A DNA stretch of 64,000 nt from Amoebophrya sp. A120 (GCA_905178155.1 CAJINV010000003.1:9927979-9991978), one strand, 5' to 3'; positions 34,601-49,124 are shown, numbered from the stretch's first letter. Notes: generated from the sequence alone by a model not told the origin. Numbers and translations are program-made.

Positions 34601-37600
34601 AGCGCGTGGTGATTTGGGCTAGGCTGACGAGGAGGCTTCTGCAGCGCACTCCGGTGGGGCCTGGCCGCCTTATTGCAGCACTAAAGGCCAAGCACCTTCG
34701 CAAAAATATATCTGCTGCGTGAAGGCTACAAAAGTCCGCGCTTTTTGTGTCGAGTACCCTTCCGAGCACCTCCGCAGCTCTGCTGTGTCCGAATTCTCAA
34801 AAATCAAGGAAATACCCTGTGCATCGACCTAGCCCCAATTGTTAACATTTCTGAGGCAGCAGAGCAGAGCACTCGGGCGATCTGCCGCTTCCCAGTTTTC
34901 AAATATGCCACGCCGCATTTTTCGGAATTTGCGAAAAAGTGCGCGCTCTGCATCAGCATCGGTGCTGCGCGGTGGGATCATGTGGCAGCTGGCGCCAGAT
35001 CTGACGCGGACAGAGCACGCGGGCAGCTGCTCGGGACTATTTGAGCCGGCTCCTTTAGCAAGAAGCGAGAAGCGCTGCGCCTTGGGGTTTTTCGCTAGAT
35101 GCGTTGCTATAACTACTTTGGTGATGCAGGCTCGCCGGGGTTTCTGGTTCTGCTCTCTACGCTAGCTAGGTGGTTGGCTTTGTTGGTCAAAGTCCCGGCG
35201 TGCGATTCGGCCGGGAGGTGATTAGGTCGCCCAGATATACACTTGCCGCCAGCGCTTTGGTCGTCTAGGCCGCCGCCCTTCGTAGAGCCTGTTTGTGGCT
35301 AACGGCTTTGCGACCGAACCGAAAAAAACAAAACCGCAGCCGCAACACTGCCGCGGCGTGAAGCGTGTCGCAAAGTACGCCACGGCCCTTTGGCGACAAA
35401 TCACAAAAGGGGCGCAGCAGGGCGCCCAGAAAACAGCACAAAGCGACAGCACTGGCGCTGCCGCGGCTTTCCAAGCCCAGCAACTACCTATGCAGGCTAG
35501 AACGAAGCGGCATGGGCGCCGAAGAATGCCGCGGGGCCGATCGGGAACGGCCGGGGGAGTTGGGTCGAACTGATTGCAAGCGCCAGGGCATTTACTTAGG
35601 CAATAGCTTGCAAATGTTCAGGGCATTCGTCTAGTTTTCGCCAGACCCGGCCTGGTTTGAGATGGTTTTCCGGGCTTCGCCTTACTGTTTTCAGGCATTC
35701 AGCTTAACCGCAAGGCAAGGAAGCGGGCCCGCCCCCTACAAATGCCCTCGATTTTGTTCGTCGGATACTGATGGGCATCTTCTCCGCGAGAAAGCCCGAG
35801 CGCCTTTAAAGTACTGGCCTCGCTGGCACAGGGAGTCGCAATTCGAAAAAGGCGCAGGAGCTCGCGCGGTGAATCAAGGGGCGCGGCCGCGCATTCTTTT
35901 CCAGCGCTCCCAAACTTGCCCTGCGCAGCTCGCTCTAAAATCGCGCGCTGTTTCCGTTTAAGTTATGGGCTAGATAGATACGAGCGGCGCTGCCCGCTGC
36001 TCTTACTTAAGTCGGCAAACATTCCGAGCACTGCGCTACTCGTCGCGCTTCTATTTGTCTCTTTACTCTTTCGCCCTGTTTCCCCCCCCCCCCGTTATCG
36101 TTTCTGCTTTGTTTGGTGCTTTGCTCTCCTGTTGCTCATTCCCTTTTCTCTTTAGGGGACAAGGCGCGGAGTTAGCGATCTCCTCCAGGGCCCCCCATGC
36201 GTAACGTTCCTCAACTCCGGCCCCGTTCGCTTTCACCTCGGCCCCCCGACCCGCAGAGCCCGCTTCCAAGTGGGACTCTTTTGCAGAAGTGAAAGGCCCC
36301 GGGCCTCGGCCGATTAGTTCTCGGAACCTTCAGAAAGGCGCTGAAGTTTCCTGGAGCCTGCTCGCAATCCGGGGCGGCGTCTATCAGTCCAAATCCCAGC
36401 GGGCAATCGACTTGCAGACCGCCCCACTCGGTCGGCCCGTGATCGAGGTCGCCGGTGAAGCTCGAGGCGTTAAACAATTCGCGAGCCTCAGCGCCGCGCG
36501 CTTTCGGTTCTCACTCGGACTATCTCGGCCCGGATCGAGGTCGCCGAAGGCCGAAAAGTTAATGAGTCCTCCGGCCTCGGACGGAAACTCTCGAGTCGGA
36601 TCCAAGTCGGCCGAGGGTTGAGCGAGGTGCAGGAAGCTTCCGACCCCTCTCCTTAACCGGACCCCTCTCCTAGAGGAGGCGGCCCGGTCTTGGGACAATT
36701 GCGGCCGTTCGAAAGTTCTCTAGGCTTTGAGCCGCGCCACGATCTCGCTTCCCGAGGGGTGAGAGGCCAGGACCAAGTTCCCACCCTCGCGAAAGTCGCG
36801 CCGAAGAGCGGGACCGCACGCCCGCAGGCCTTGGAAGCATTCCGCCGCGGGGCGAAATTTTCTTTCCTTGCCCAGTGAGCCGCTTTACCGCCATTATTAT
36901 GCGTCTACGAATCTAGAGCCGTCGCGCTCGCGGCTGTGTATTGCCCTGGGCCCCCAGGCCTTCGCCTCACTTAAAAGTATGCCGGGAGAAGCGTTAGCCT
37001 GCGACGCCGAGAGCTTTCGCCACTGCAAGGCCCCAGGGCTTGGCAGTGGAGAACAGCAGGCCGAAGAATCTCCCGCGTGGCGTTCTTGCCTCAATTCCCA
37101 AAGGGCGCGCGCCTTCCGTTCTTTCTATTTTTGCACATTACGGGGGTGCGCGGAAAGTCAAAGTGTGCCGGCCAAGTTTTAGAAAGAACCCTGCGAGCCC
37201 CCAAAAAACCCTCAGCCATTTTTTAGGGCTCTGAATGCCAACAGGGGCGGGCTGCCCTTAGATCTCCGGCGCATATAGCTTCGAGGCCTGGTTCGAGTGG
37301 CTGCGTTTGTGCTTAATTATCTTTAGAAGCTTTGCCTTGCAGCATCTTTGTAGGCTCGAAGCCCCTCCGTCTGTCCAGCTTTTGAAGAAAACGCTGCGGG
37401 CAAAGGCGCAGAACATGTTCGCGCTGAACCTCCCAAAAACGTGAGCGGATTGCTTGCTCGCGTTTAGTAAAAGGCCGCGAATGTTGATAGTCGCACTCTT
37501 CGGAGTCCGGTCCTTCGGGACATAGCGGCTACAGCTTGGCAGCTGATACCGGAAACGTCGGGCCCCCACGCGGGTCCGCGCTTTAAACGAGAGAGAGTCT

Positions 37601-37719
37601 CTCCCTCGCGTTTTAGCATCAGGCTGTGCGTCGAAAGTAGGCTGATGGATTGAATTGGAGTGGCTGGCGTCTTGGTTTCGGGGCAGGGACGGCTTTATGC
37701 ACGATTTGGTCCAGCGTTG

Positions 37720-38461
37720 CCCTACATTAGACGGGACGTCCCGCTACTGGCGGCCCCGGGTGGGCTGCCGCAGTCCCGTTGTCCGAGCGCACCGAATGGC
37801 TTGCCCCGCGGTTTGATGTACGGCACGGTGACGCGACAAACTCTACCCGTCGGCCGTGATGTCACGCATTTCGTTAGCCGCCGAGCGCGACCGGTTTTGC
37901 CACCGCCGCCGGATATTCTGCCGCCCCCGCCGAAGGTCAGCCGGGAGACGCAGTCGGTAGACCTCAAGGACCGCCCAAGTGCTGGCACGGCCTCTGGGGT
38001 TACTGCTATTCCCGCAGCAGAGACCAGTCAAACCACGTTCCAGCAGCCGCCCTGCCAGCCTATCGGTCACAAAGACGTCGCGATGTCGGGCACCGCTTGG
38101 CTTTTGGCGATGGGGGCCGGTGCTTCCGCGGCAGCGGAAACGGGAAGAGTAGGAGGCGCCTCATGTAGTTCCGCGTCTACGAGCACAACTGCGGTACGGG
38201 TGGAAGAGGTGGCACCTTTTGGAAAAGAGAAGCCCGCGAATCAACAAGGCGCCGACGATGAAGTGGCCGGCGCGGTGCTTTCCGCAGTTTCGTGTTGCAG
38301 GGGAAGCAGAGAGCCAGAAGGGGTTGCGAATAAATCTGCTATGTCCCCGGAACTGATGTCGCCCCCGCCACTGATGGAGGTCTTTTCGAATTTGGAGAAG
38401 ATGAGAGCCGGGATTTCGCCACTGCCGCCCTCAACAACCGATGATCACAGCCCGGAGGAAG
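37720..38461 (+). CDS. Putative exon of an unidentified host gene (Pro/Ser/Ala-rich)
   Basis: Core of ORF 37660..38586 at moderate GC with protein-like low-complexity composition; boundaries uncertain. Confidence 0.35.
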
Positions 38462-41400
38462 GTCCTTACTTAATATCTTTTACTGTGCTCCTGAGAAAGC
38501 ACACCAGAAGGTGGCATTGTTTTGCCATGCATGCCGTACGATCGACTCTATTACTACGATTGGTTTCGGTTCCCATACAGCGCTAACGCAGCAAACGGAG
38601 AAAAAACCGCTTCTCAATTATATAACAAAGAAAAGCAAAAACGTCTCAACACATACACAGAGAAGAGAGACAGCTCGCTTCATCAAATCTGCATTTTGCA
38701 TTTGCTGCAGCAGAAAGCAGAGATCTTTTTTGCAAATGGAGCCGCTATGTGGCAGTTCACGTTCTTGCAAGGGGGATGGATAGCGAACCCGCTTCCCGTC
38801 GCGTGTTCTGGGGTAGGCCGTACTCCTGGCGCTTTTCTAGTGTTGAACCAAGATGCCAGCGCGCTGCCCACTATCACTAGCAGCCAAAAGCAAGCCAGGA
38901 GATGCATCAATCCAAAAGCGCATCGATGCAGCACAACCGAAACTGGGCGCGCGCAAAAACTACATAGAATCCCTGCCGCGCACAGAAATCGCACAAAAAC
39001 ACAAGGGCGCGCTGTCTTAATTTCTGCAACAAGCCGAAAAGCAGCAAAGCGAACGAGCCTGCAAAAACATAAGCAATACGGGCGGGGCATGCGGGCGAAA
39101 CAGTTCCAAGCCGAGACGCCGCCAGGGGGGCGCTCGGCAAAGCAAGTCACCAAGCGCCTTGCGGCGGCGAAGGCAAGAAAGGCGCGTAGCTCTTTGGCTT
39201 TGGGAAAAGCAGACAGCGTTGCCGCGACTTTTGGCACACCGGCCTACGCCGCAGCGCCAAAATTAACAGTCTGCGCGCAGAGGGAAGCACGGCGCCGCAA
39301 GCTTATTTGTAGCGAAGCAAAAGTATTCCGCTGGCCCTGACGCTACGAAAGGGCGGCGCATCCGAAGAGCGCAAGCACGCTCGAAGCCGCAGGCCCCGCG
39401 AGCACTGCGCTGACGCGGTGGCCTCAATCAAGCAGGAAAGCGCGCGGCGTAGTTCTTCTGCAGCCGATGCGCCCGGTGCGAAGGGGGCGGGGGAGGTGCT
39501 TGCAACTTTCTGGTGGAAGAGCCGCCGCCGGATCGCGCAGCGCAGCGACGCCGCCGCGCGATCTGGGGATTGCGCGAGGGGCGCAAAATCAAGGGGCGCG
39601 GTAGCTGACGGCGGCGCGCTGGGCAAGGGGCCAATAGGAGCCAGGTTCGTGCCGGCGAACGTTCTAGGCTGGCGCCTTTTTTTCCACCGACTGCGAAAAA
39701 CGGCCATCGACCAGCAGGTGGCCAGATGCGTTTCTGACATGAAAACCCCCCGGCCCCAAGCGCACGCGGCTCAAGCTTTGCCGCCAATGGGCAGGCCCGC
39801 CGCAATCGAATGCGGCCGGTCCTCCGGGAAAAAATGGCGCAAGGAAGCCGGCAAAAGTGGCGCCCTTGTAGGTTGGCCACCTGCTGAGATTTGGGCGACT
39901 TCGGGCATCTAGAGTGGGGCGCCACATAATCGTCAACGAAGCAAAGGCCGCGTGTCCGGATGGTGTTCGCGCCATTTCCGCCAACATCGGCAGACCGAAA
40001 AAGCTGCCCCCTTGGCTGGCTAGGAGCTCTTGAGGCTGCGAGCGGCGTTGTGGGGTTGCGCCTTCTGCAAAAAAGCATGCAACAAAGCGAGAGGCGCGCG
40101 CCGTGCTATGGCCCCGATTGTGGGCGACCAATTTGTCGGCCCCGGCGGGTGGGCGGAAGGCCGGGCCACATCTTGCTCTTTTTCTGGGCCCAAAGGCTTA
40201 CTATGTATCTTTGGCCGCGATTTTCGATTCGCGCCGTACCATTTTGCGGACAGCATCGGGCGCGTCGGCGGGAAGCACACAAAATATGGCACGCGCTAAG
40301 CCCATCGCCCGCAGTGTGTCGGGAGCGGCGATAAGAAAGTGCTGCGGCTCCACTGCCCCGACGGGACGGGTATTGTCGGCGCAGGAGTCGCGTAGCTGCG
40401 CCGCGAAGGCCGCGAGCGGTTTCAGAGCCGACTTCTACTTACACACTTTTCGCATGTTCGGCCGTGCGACTTTTGGTCTGCCGTATGTGCGAAAGCACTC
40501 CAATTCGATGCCGAGAAATGAGGAGTCTATAAAGCAAAAATCGCTGCACTGAAGCACAACCGACACCGCTACTAAAAGTGATGAGCATTCGAACGAGAAC
40601 CGGAACCGGTTGCACTGCGGGGCCGAGCTGCTGTCAGCAGCCGATCAGAGCAGCATTCGAGGCTTCTGCATGCAGAGTGTTAATTTGACCTTTTGCAGCG
40701 AACAGCCAATGAATCCGAGGCGACCACTCAATATGTAATCGTCGCCCAATGATCTCCTAAGGATGCGCTTCTTTGTGATATCAGGCCGCAATCCAGAGCA
40801 GGACGCGCCAACAACAAGACTCGGAGATCACGCGCTGCCCTCTGCGGCGTCCCGATACGAGTGCAAGTAACTTGCAATGGCGCGCGTGAAAATGAAATAG
40901 AAGTACTACTACACAAGCTAGGCACTACGAAGGCGGTTCTTTGAAGCCACAGCTTGTCTCCACTTTGCAATAGAAGAGCTAGAGATCTCGCGACAGGAAC
41001 AGAAGGGCCGGCTTTACCTGTTTTGTTAAAAGACCATAAGCGAGAAGGACACAGGGCAAGTGAGTCGCATCGCTGCTCTTGTTCTCCTAGTACTCAGTAT
41101 GAAGAATGCAGCAGCAGATCACAAAATCGTCGGTCCAGGGGTTGAGCAATCCCAGAACTGGTCAAAACGCGGGCTGGTTTTATAGTTGTCTTATGGTTTG
41201 ATGAATGAAAAAGAATGCTGGCGACCGGTATGTGTATGCGTATTCCGATATGGTAAACATAGTATTGTAGCTATCGCAAATATAGTTTCGCTGTCATCCA
41301 AGATTCTAATGAGCGAAAATGCATTTTTTTTTCATTGACAATACTAGCTAGACTACGTACACTTCGCCTGCAGAAGTGTGAGTCAATCATTCCGCTATAT

Positions 41401-42984
41401 TGAAAAACAAGAAAAAGAAATAGCACCAGAGCACGAACTGCAAAGATATAAAAAGAAGAGCCATGGCCAGAAGCAGCTTCGTCATCATCTATCCGAGTAG
41501 CTTCGATGTCTTCCTGATCTTTGGGAGTGTTGGCGCACTGCTACTGCCCAAATTACCAAGCCAAGAATACCGCGGCAAGTAAATGGCGAGGGCTGCAGAG
41601 CGACTACATCTAGTCTTTCGCTTTCGGGATCCTGTATATTTGGCGCATGAACATGCGCGACAGTTATATCTGGCGCATCAACATGCGCGACAGTGGATGC
41701 TTTCCCCCACCTATCGCGCTCTTCATGTTTTTCGCCAGACTGTGACTAGGCCACCACAGGCAAGGAAAGCTATTTGCTTTTGAGGCCCTCGCGGGCGGCA
41801 CTTTTATGCGCAGTTGCCTACTGCAACATCGCGCATGTTGCTTATCTTGCGCAATTTTTCCTGCAGCTGAAAGCTGCAGACACACAGCCTTGCTTGCTAT
41901 GGGTGTCCTTTTCTTTTGCAGTCCAAAAGTCGTTCATCTTGAGCCCTTGCGTTTTAAACTTTGCGTCTAACTTTTAGCTCTTGCTTTATTAGTTTTCCCT
42001 CCTAGTTTTCTCTCTTGGTTTTTGCTTTTTCATTTTTGTTCTTTTAACTTTTTTGTGTTTTTGAGCGTCAAATTGCTGAGCAATAGGCTGACCGTCAGAT
42101 GCTTACGCTTAGCAGGGGATAGATTTCTATGTCTAGCCCGGCAGTTTTCTTGCCATGAAGCGCCAAAAATTTCTGCCGGCAGTGTTGAAAGCTGTTGCGC
42201 GTTTTTCTACTTGAACAGAAATAAAGCGCGCGAGCCTTCTTGGCTTTGGCAAGATCTAAAATTGACAATGGCGAGCCAGCAAAAGTGGCGCCCTTCTGAG
42301 GCGCCCGCCGCATTCGTTCCCGGCGGTTTTGGACGCACAGAAGAGCGCTCCGTAAAACGAAAACGCGCGCAGAATCATCACAGCCGAACCGCGTGGCGCG
42401 GCCGCGGCTGCGGGGGAGAGCAAATAGGGAACCGCGGAAGCGGCCGCCTGGTCGGCGGGCGCCCATCCTGGGACGCTTTGCGCAAAGTGCAGCCGCAAGT
42501 TTCTGGGGCGCGAAAATGAAAAAGCGCGCCAGGCCCAGGGAGCCGCCCCGTCTGCAATTGGCCCGGGCGCCCGCCGTGCTTGGGCCCGCCCCGAAGCGCC
42601 CGGGCCGGCCCTGCGCCGTCGGGCCTGGTATTCGGGAAGGGACTCTGCAAATTTGCTGAAGTTGGCGACGTTTAGAAGTGGCCGCCACTCCACGCGGCGG
42701 GGCGTCCGCCATAAGGTCGGGGCGGCGCGCAGAAAGCGGCGCCCCGGCTGCGCCGGCAAGAAAATGGCAGCGGCCCCACTCCCTCCGCCCCCGCCGCTAT
42801 ATTTGGCCGGAGGGTGCCAGGGCTGCTAGAGTGCATCCAATTCACAGTGGGAAGGCAGCGCGTCCTGCTTGTAGCACTTCCCTAGCGGAGGGAGCATCAT
42901 GCAGGATTTGCTAGTAGGTGCGCCCATCCTGTGCAAAAGTATCGCACTCGTATAAATGCGACAGCTTTTTTGTGCTTGAATTAG

Positions 42985-44065
42985 TTCAGAAGTTGGTGGG
43001 AGGTTGTTGGGAAGTCGGCGGAGAAGTTGCGGGAAGCCGGTGGCGAAGTCGGTGCGGAAGCCCTTGCCGGAGTTGGTGCGGAACCAACCCCGTGAGAAGT
43101 GGCGGGGCGTGCTGGCATCGTCATCGCCCCGGCCGAGTGCCGCGGCACGTCACTCCGCCGCGGCGAGTTCTATCGCCCCCGCTGCTTGCAGCTGCAGCTG
43201 CAAGGGCTAGAAGGAATTGCGCCGGAGATAAATAGAAAGACGGCCACTGCAATCCTTTCCATTTGTCTGCAGCGCTGCTCGACCAGTTTGCGCGACGCTT
43301 CCACGCGCGAAAACGTACAGAAGAGGCGGCAAAAGTTGCGTCTGTGATGGCTGCACGCGCAGACGCCTCGCTGATGGTTGCGCGCGCGCGACGATGCGGC
43401 GGCGCACGCCGCAGGTGCGCGGGGGTTCTTCGCGTGTTATTAACCGCAGAGCTACGCGGAACCGATTAAAGTCAAGCAATTTTGCGAGTGGTAATAGTTG
43501 GGCTGTCCTTTCTTCTGCCAAAGAGCTCGGCTGTGTGCGTAAGCTACGCGGTTTATAGTATTTTCTTCTTCGACACTTCTCAGCAACTTCTCCACAACCT
43601 CTCCACCAACATCGCTACGAACACCGGACCAGCTTCGCGGCTTTTTAAAGGCTTCGCGCAATCAATTTCCGAGAGAAGGTCTGCGCTTTCAAATTAATTG
43701 CGTGACGCCCCCAAAAGGCCACTCGCACGAGCCCGAAGGCCTTCAGCAAAAAAGGGCTCCGGGGCTCCCACATCGCTCGCATTTGCGCGGGGGTGCGGCC
43801 GAACAAACTGACTCGCGACTGCCTGCGCACGCGGCCACGAATCGGGAGCCGTGAAACCCATGAGACACCGCCCGCATCCGCATGCTGGTAGAGAAATGCA
43901 AACGGGCGCCCCTACGGTTTAAATCCGCGCCAATTCCCAGAACAAACCCAGCCGCCGACCCCCGCCAACTTCTCAACAGCTGGGAAGTTGGTGGAAAGGC
44001 TGGGGAGAAGCTGGTGGGAAGTTGGTCAGAAATGCGCGAGAAGCTGGCGAGAAGTTGGTGAGATG
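42985..44065. repeat. Degenerate ~12-bp GAGAAGTTGGTG-like repeats in both orientations
   Basis: Runs at ~42985-43100 and ~43980-44065 (+); inverted CAACTTCTCCAC runs at ~43575-43610 and ~43965. Confidence 0.5.
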
Positions 44066-45086
44066 GTCGATGCAGAAAAAGGCGGGGTCTATACGAGTGC
44101 GATGCTTTTGCACTGGATAGCGCCGCTTTGGTGGCAATTTAGCTCGAGGGAGCACGCCAAGAAAAGTCTCTGGCCCCGCGCGGAGCGAGCGCGGGGGCCT
44201 TTGTGATGTGGCGCTTCCCGGTGCTGGCGGTCTCCGTGGCCCCTCGCGGAGAAACTAGCAGGCGGCCGGCCACAGCGCTCTCGTCGGCACGAGCCAAAAA
44301 AATAGCAGCCGGAAAAGAAGCGGCGGCGTGCCATTTGCCGCAAAGGCGAAGAGGTTACTTTGCTGGATACGTGGCGCGCGCCCCAGTAGTTGCCCGCAGC
44401 GCTGGCGCGGTCGCCGGGGGGCCGGGTAAGTATCGGCGGGCCACTTACTTTGCCGGGGCGGGCCGTTCTCCCGGGCGGCCACGCTATCGCCACCCCATCG
44501 GCCGGCGGGAGTGCCGTCCGCGCGCGGGCTCTTCGGCCCAGGCCAAGAGGCCGGCGCCCTTTCTGCGCTCCCCCCCCGAATTCATACGCGGGGCGCGCTC
44601 GCTTTTGCTTCGCGCGGGTTCGCTTTCGGGCTCACGGCGACTGGCCCGCCCAAAGGGCTCCTACGGAAGCTGATTCAGCTATTTTCCCGCGAGCCCACCG
44701 AGCGCGGCCGCGCGCCTCGCCCCGGGGGCGCTCGCGAGTCGGTAACCGCCTTGGGACCGCGGGCCCTCTCGCGTCTTGGGACGTTGCCCCTCGGGGCGGC
44801 CCCACGGCCCGCGCTTGGCCTGCGGGCCGCCGCTTCTTTGTGTTGCTTGTGCGCGCTGGCGGAAAACTTCGCAGGGGGCCCGGCCTCGGGGTTTTCGCAT
44901 ATGTCGTGCGCGCTGGCCGAAGCTTGCCGGTGCTCTCTATGCACGCGGCGCAGTTCCTTGCCCGCCTCTCTTCATACTTTGCCGGCGGTCGCCCGGGCTA
45001 GATACGACGAGGGAAGCACAGCGCCAATAGATCGAGATGGTGCCTGTACATGCTCCAGTATCTATCTGGCTGTAGTGCTACTGCGA

Positions 45087-45345
45087 CTAGGGGAAGTTAT
45101 GGCGTGATCCTAGGGCATGCCTTTGCGAGAACCAAGGCAAATGCAATCTGATGGCCGTGCCCGAAGAGGATGAGTAGTCGCTGCAAGGGCTTGTAGCTCG
45201 CATAAATAGTGTTTGCTGTGCCGGAATAGAAAGTACTGCGTTACGCCGTCCGTCTGAGCCACTGTTAATCGAAATCTCTATTACAGTATCGTCCACTACA
45301 AATATGTCTGGGTCTGGAAAGTTGTGATGCAAATCTGTACCTGGT
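45087..45345 (-). CDS. Possible exon of an unidentified minus-strand gene
   Basis: CAG| followed by GTDLHHNFPDPDIFVVDDTVIEISINSGSDGRRNAVLSIPAQQTLF; protein-like but not recognised. Confidence 0.25.
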
Positions 45346-46459
45346 CGTGGTCCTGGTCGTCGCACTGCAATACGCAGCCAAGCATGACAACTTTTTTAGC
45401 TGCTATGTGTTTCGTTTTGTGCGTGGCAAACTACGTTTCGGCATGACGCGCAAAAGGCCCTTCTGCTGCTCCTGCGTCACAGATGTAAGTGTCATGGCAG
45501 ACAAGCATGACAAAGTTGCTCTCTTCCAGACCCGGACACATGTTCAATGCATACACAGAAAAACAAAAACGAAACTTCTCGGCGGCCAATTAGGTGGGAG
45601 AAGGCAAAGCCCTTCGCTAACATTATTTTGCGTCTTACGGAAGGTGAAGAGCTCTGACAGGAGCGGAAATTCAAACACGAGAATTGCATGCGATGAGATT
45701 GTCTTCAATGAATCTGCATGTTGCGTAAAATATTTTCACAAAATGCAAAGGTACAAGAACGCATAGAAAGAATATCCATGTATCCGATTTATTTTTTAGA
45801 AAGGGATCACGAACATATACATATGCATATCACGCTTGCAGCAGCTGCAAAATACGAGAGAGGTAGAAAGCAACTCACTTCTCGCACACGTCTTGTATCG
45901 CTTCAAAAGAGATACATTCAATACGCAATGCCATTTCATTAAACAATTGCTTCCATGTAGGCGAGAAATAAAGTTCACAGACAATCAGCGGCTGCCGACT
46001 TGTTCGACTATACAGGATCCAGCGAAAGATCAAGAAAAGTCCACAACAACGGAAAGCAGCGGCGGCTTCTTGCTGGAATTTTCGGCACGACCCTCTGTTA
46101 CAGATCCTTTGCAAACAAAGACAAAGAAAAGTCTGACCGCACGGTATATTTCCAGGGGACGACTCGAAAAAAACGTCACTAGCTCTCAGTTGAGCAATGA
46201 ATTGTCTACAGGATGCTGCGGTCGCAAGTATCATGCCATTCACAGAAAGGGTCACAGTACGGCTTTGATATTGATTACTACGCGCACTCAATTAGATAGT
46301 GTACAACCGAAGGAAGACTTTGCATTTTTTTTTTGAGACCGGCACGCTCTGAGGCCTAAAACGCGAAACACGACGGCAGCACGAAGGGCGCTTGTTATTT
46401 TACGGGAAATTAAATACCGGGGAGCACGTATGTCGCCCGTGACAAGGATTGCCCAGCGT

Positions 46460-47015
46460 CCGGGGGATCCGCCCTCGCCCCGGGGGATCCGTCCTCGCCC
46501 CCGGGGGATCCGCCCACCCGCGCCCCGGGGGCTCCGCCCTTTCCCCCGAGGGATCCGCTCTCGCCCATCGGGGGATCCGCCCTCGCCCTTCGGGGGATCC
46601 GCCCTCGCCCCGGGATCCGCCGTCGCCCCGGGGGCTCCGCCCTCGCCCGCCCCGGGGGATCCGCCCTCGCGCCCGGGGGGTCCGCCCGCTCTCAAGGGGG
46701 CCCGCCCGCTCTCGAGGTGCCCGCCCCCGCTCTCGGGGGATCCGCCCTCGCCCGGGGAGGGCCCACCCTTGTTTTCGGAAGACCCGCCCCGCCCCGGAAG
46801 GTCCGGCCGCCCTCCGGGGGTCCGCCCGGCCTTCGGGGGATCCGCCCCCCCCCCGTGGGAGCTGCCCGGCCTTCGGGGGATCCGCCCCCCCCGGGGAAGC
46901 TAGAGCAGCTCGGCCTCCGGGGGGTCCGCCCGGTCTTCGGGGGACCCGCCCTCGCCTCAGAGGATCCGCCCTAACCTCGGCCGGGGGATCCGCCCTCGCC
47001 GCGGGGAAATCCGCC
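46460..47015 (+). repeat. Minisatellite, ~20-21-bp unit GGGGGATCCGCCCTCGCCCC
   Basis: More than 20 degenerate tandem copies centred on GGATCC. Confidence 0.9.
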
Positions 47016-47059
47016 AAGCCGAGGTAGTGCGTGCCACGAAAGTGCACTAAAGGCGGCGC

Positions 47060-48055
47060 AAATTGGCCCAGGGGATTCCGGAGAGGATTTTGGAGTCCCG
47101 TGGGGATCCTCTCCGGAATCCTTTCCCGAAGTCGTGGCATTGCCGCCGGGGAAAGACCGCGAAAGACGGCGCAAATTGGGCCGGATAATTCCGTAGAGGA
47201 TTTTGAAATCCTTTGCGGAAGCCGTCGGGGAAAGGGCGCGGGAGACGGCTTCACTTAGGCCAGAGGATTCCAGGAGGGATTTTCGAACCCTCTGCGGAAT
47301 CCTTTGCGGAACCCCCCCCCCCGAAATCGCGGCAATGCCGCAGGGGAAAGGGCGCGAAAGACGGGCCAACTTGGGCCAGAGGGTTCCTGAGAGGATTTTG
47401 GAAGCCCCTTCGAAATCCTCTGCGGAATTCGTCCCCGAAATCGAGGCAGTGCCGCCATGGGAAGGCCGCAAAAGGCGGCTCAACTTGGGCCAGCGGATTC
47501 CTGAGAGGGTTTTGGAAGCCTCTCAGGAATCCTCTAAGGAAGCCGCCCCCGAAATCGAGGCAGTGCCGCCGGGGGAAGGCCGCGGAAGACGGCCCAACTT
47601 GGGCCAGAGAATTCCTGAGGGGGCTTGGGAATCCTCTCAGGAATCCCCTCCGGAATCCTCCCCCGAAATCGAGGCAGTCAGTGCCGCCGCGGGAAGGCCG
47701 CGAAAGACGGCCCAAATTGGGCCAGAGAATTCCCGGGGGGATTTTGGAATCCTCTCCGGAATCCTCTCCGGAATCCCCTGGGCGAATCGGGGCCATACCA
47801 TCGGGGGAAGCCCCCCCGGGGCGACCCAAATTGGGCCAGAGGAGTCGCGAGAGGATTTTGGAGTCCTCGGACGAGTTTGCTGGGAAATTCTCTGCGCAAA
47901 TCGGGGCCATACCATCGGGGAAGCCCTTCTGGGGCGGCCCAAATTGGGCCAGAGGACTCGGCAGAGGACTCTGCCGAGCCCTTCGGGCAACCCCCTGCGC
48001 AAATCGAGGCCATGCCATTGGGGGAAGCCCTTCCGAGGCGGCCCAAATTGGGCCG
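47060..48055 (+). repeat. Tandem repeat, ~115-bp unit (AA(A/C)TTGGGCCAGAGGATTCC...GAATCCTCT...GAAATCGAGGC)
   Basis: Anchor motif recurs at about 47061, 47173, 47253, 47368, 47482, 47597, 47715, 47828, 47941 and 48044. Confidence 0.85.
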
Positions 48056-49124
48056 AAGGTTGTCCGCGAAAAATGTGCGCCGGTTTGCGGCGCCTCCAAA
48101 TCCGGCGGCAAACGGCATGGGGCTCTGCCACTTCGCTCGTTTTTGTGTAGTTTTGAAACGTTTTGCCGAAGCAAACACAACCACGAGCGGACTGCGCCGC
48201 CACAAGAGGCAAACCGCGCGACATTCACAAGGCCAGCCACGAGGGTAATACGCTACGGCGGCCGCGCTAATTTCGGAGCCTACGCGGGCGGGGGCGGTTG
48301 TGTGTAGTGAGGTCACCGAACGGCTCTAGCCAGGGAGTTTGTTTGACAGCCGGACAGAAAAACGGCCGGCAGTTTTCAAGTGGCCGGAAGCGCTTTTGCA
48401 CATAAAAAATTTTCAATTATCAAGCGGCCGGGGCTTTGAAGTCAAACAAGCCCGGTCGAAAACTATCGATTCGCACTGGATAAAACGACACAGGGGAGCC
48501 GGCAAAAGAGACGCCCTTCCGAGGCGCCCGCCGCCTTAGTTTCTGGCGATTTGGGGCGCCCAAAAAGGGGCGCGCAAAAAACGCGCCCAAAATCAGAACA
48601 GCGAAACAGCATGGCACGGCCCCGATTTCGGAGCATTTTGGGCGGCCGCGAAAGTGGCCGCCTTTTCGCCGGTTTCAGAGCCTGGGAAGCTTTGCAAAAA
48701 GCGCTGGCGTGAAAAATAAAAACGCGAAAAAGAAAAAGCGCCCCAGGCGCGCAAAGCCAATCCGCATGCTATGGGCCCGATTTTTCTTCGCTTTTTGTTC
48801 GCCCCCCGTGGCACCCGGATCGGCGCCATAGCATGGGGGCTGGGTTTCGGAAAGGAATTTTGGAGATTTGCCAAAATTTGCAACGTTCCTCGAGCGGCCG
48901 CCATACCGTGCGGCATAACGCTACCCGCGGCGGTATGGCGATCCCAGAAAAAGCAAAGCCGCGGCCAAGGCGACGGCCGGCAAGAAAACTCCCACGACCT
49001 CACTACCTCCGCCCCGGCGGCTATATTTGGTATTGTAGGCCCCTCAGCGTGCCCGTCTTTTTTTTTCTGTGCGCGTGAAAGAACAGGCCCCATTTTACCC
49101 CTCTGCGCAATGCCCCGCGCAGGA

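Noticed and set aside
41635-41694. 30-bp tandem duplication
   Set aside because: Two copies only; ordinary local duplication.
46288-48316. ORFs of 284-364 aa
   Set aside because: Translations of the minisatellite and the 115-bp tandem array.
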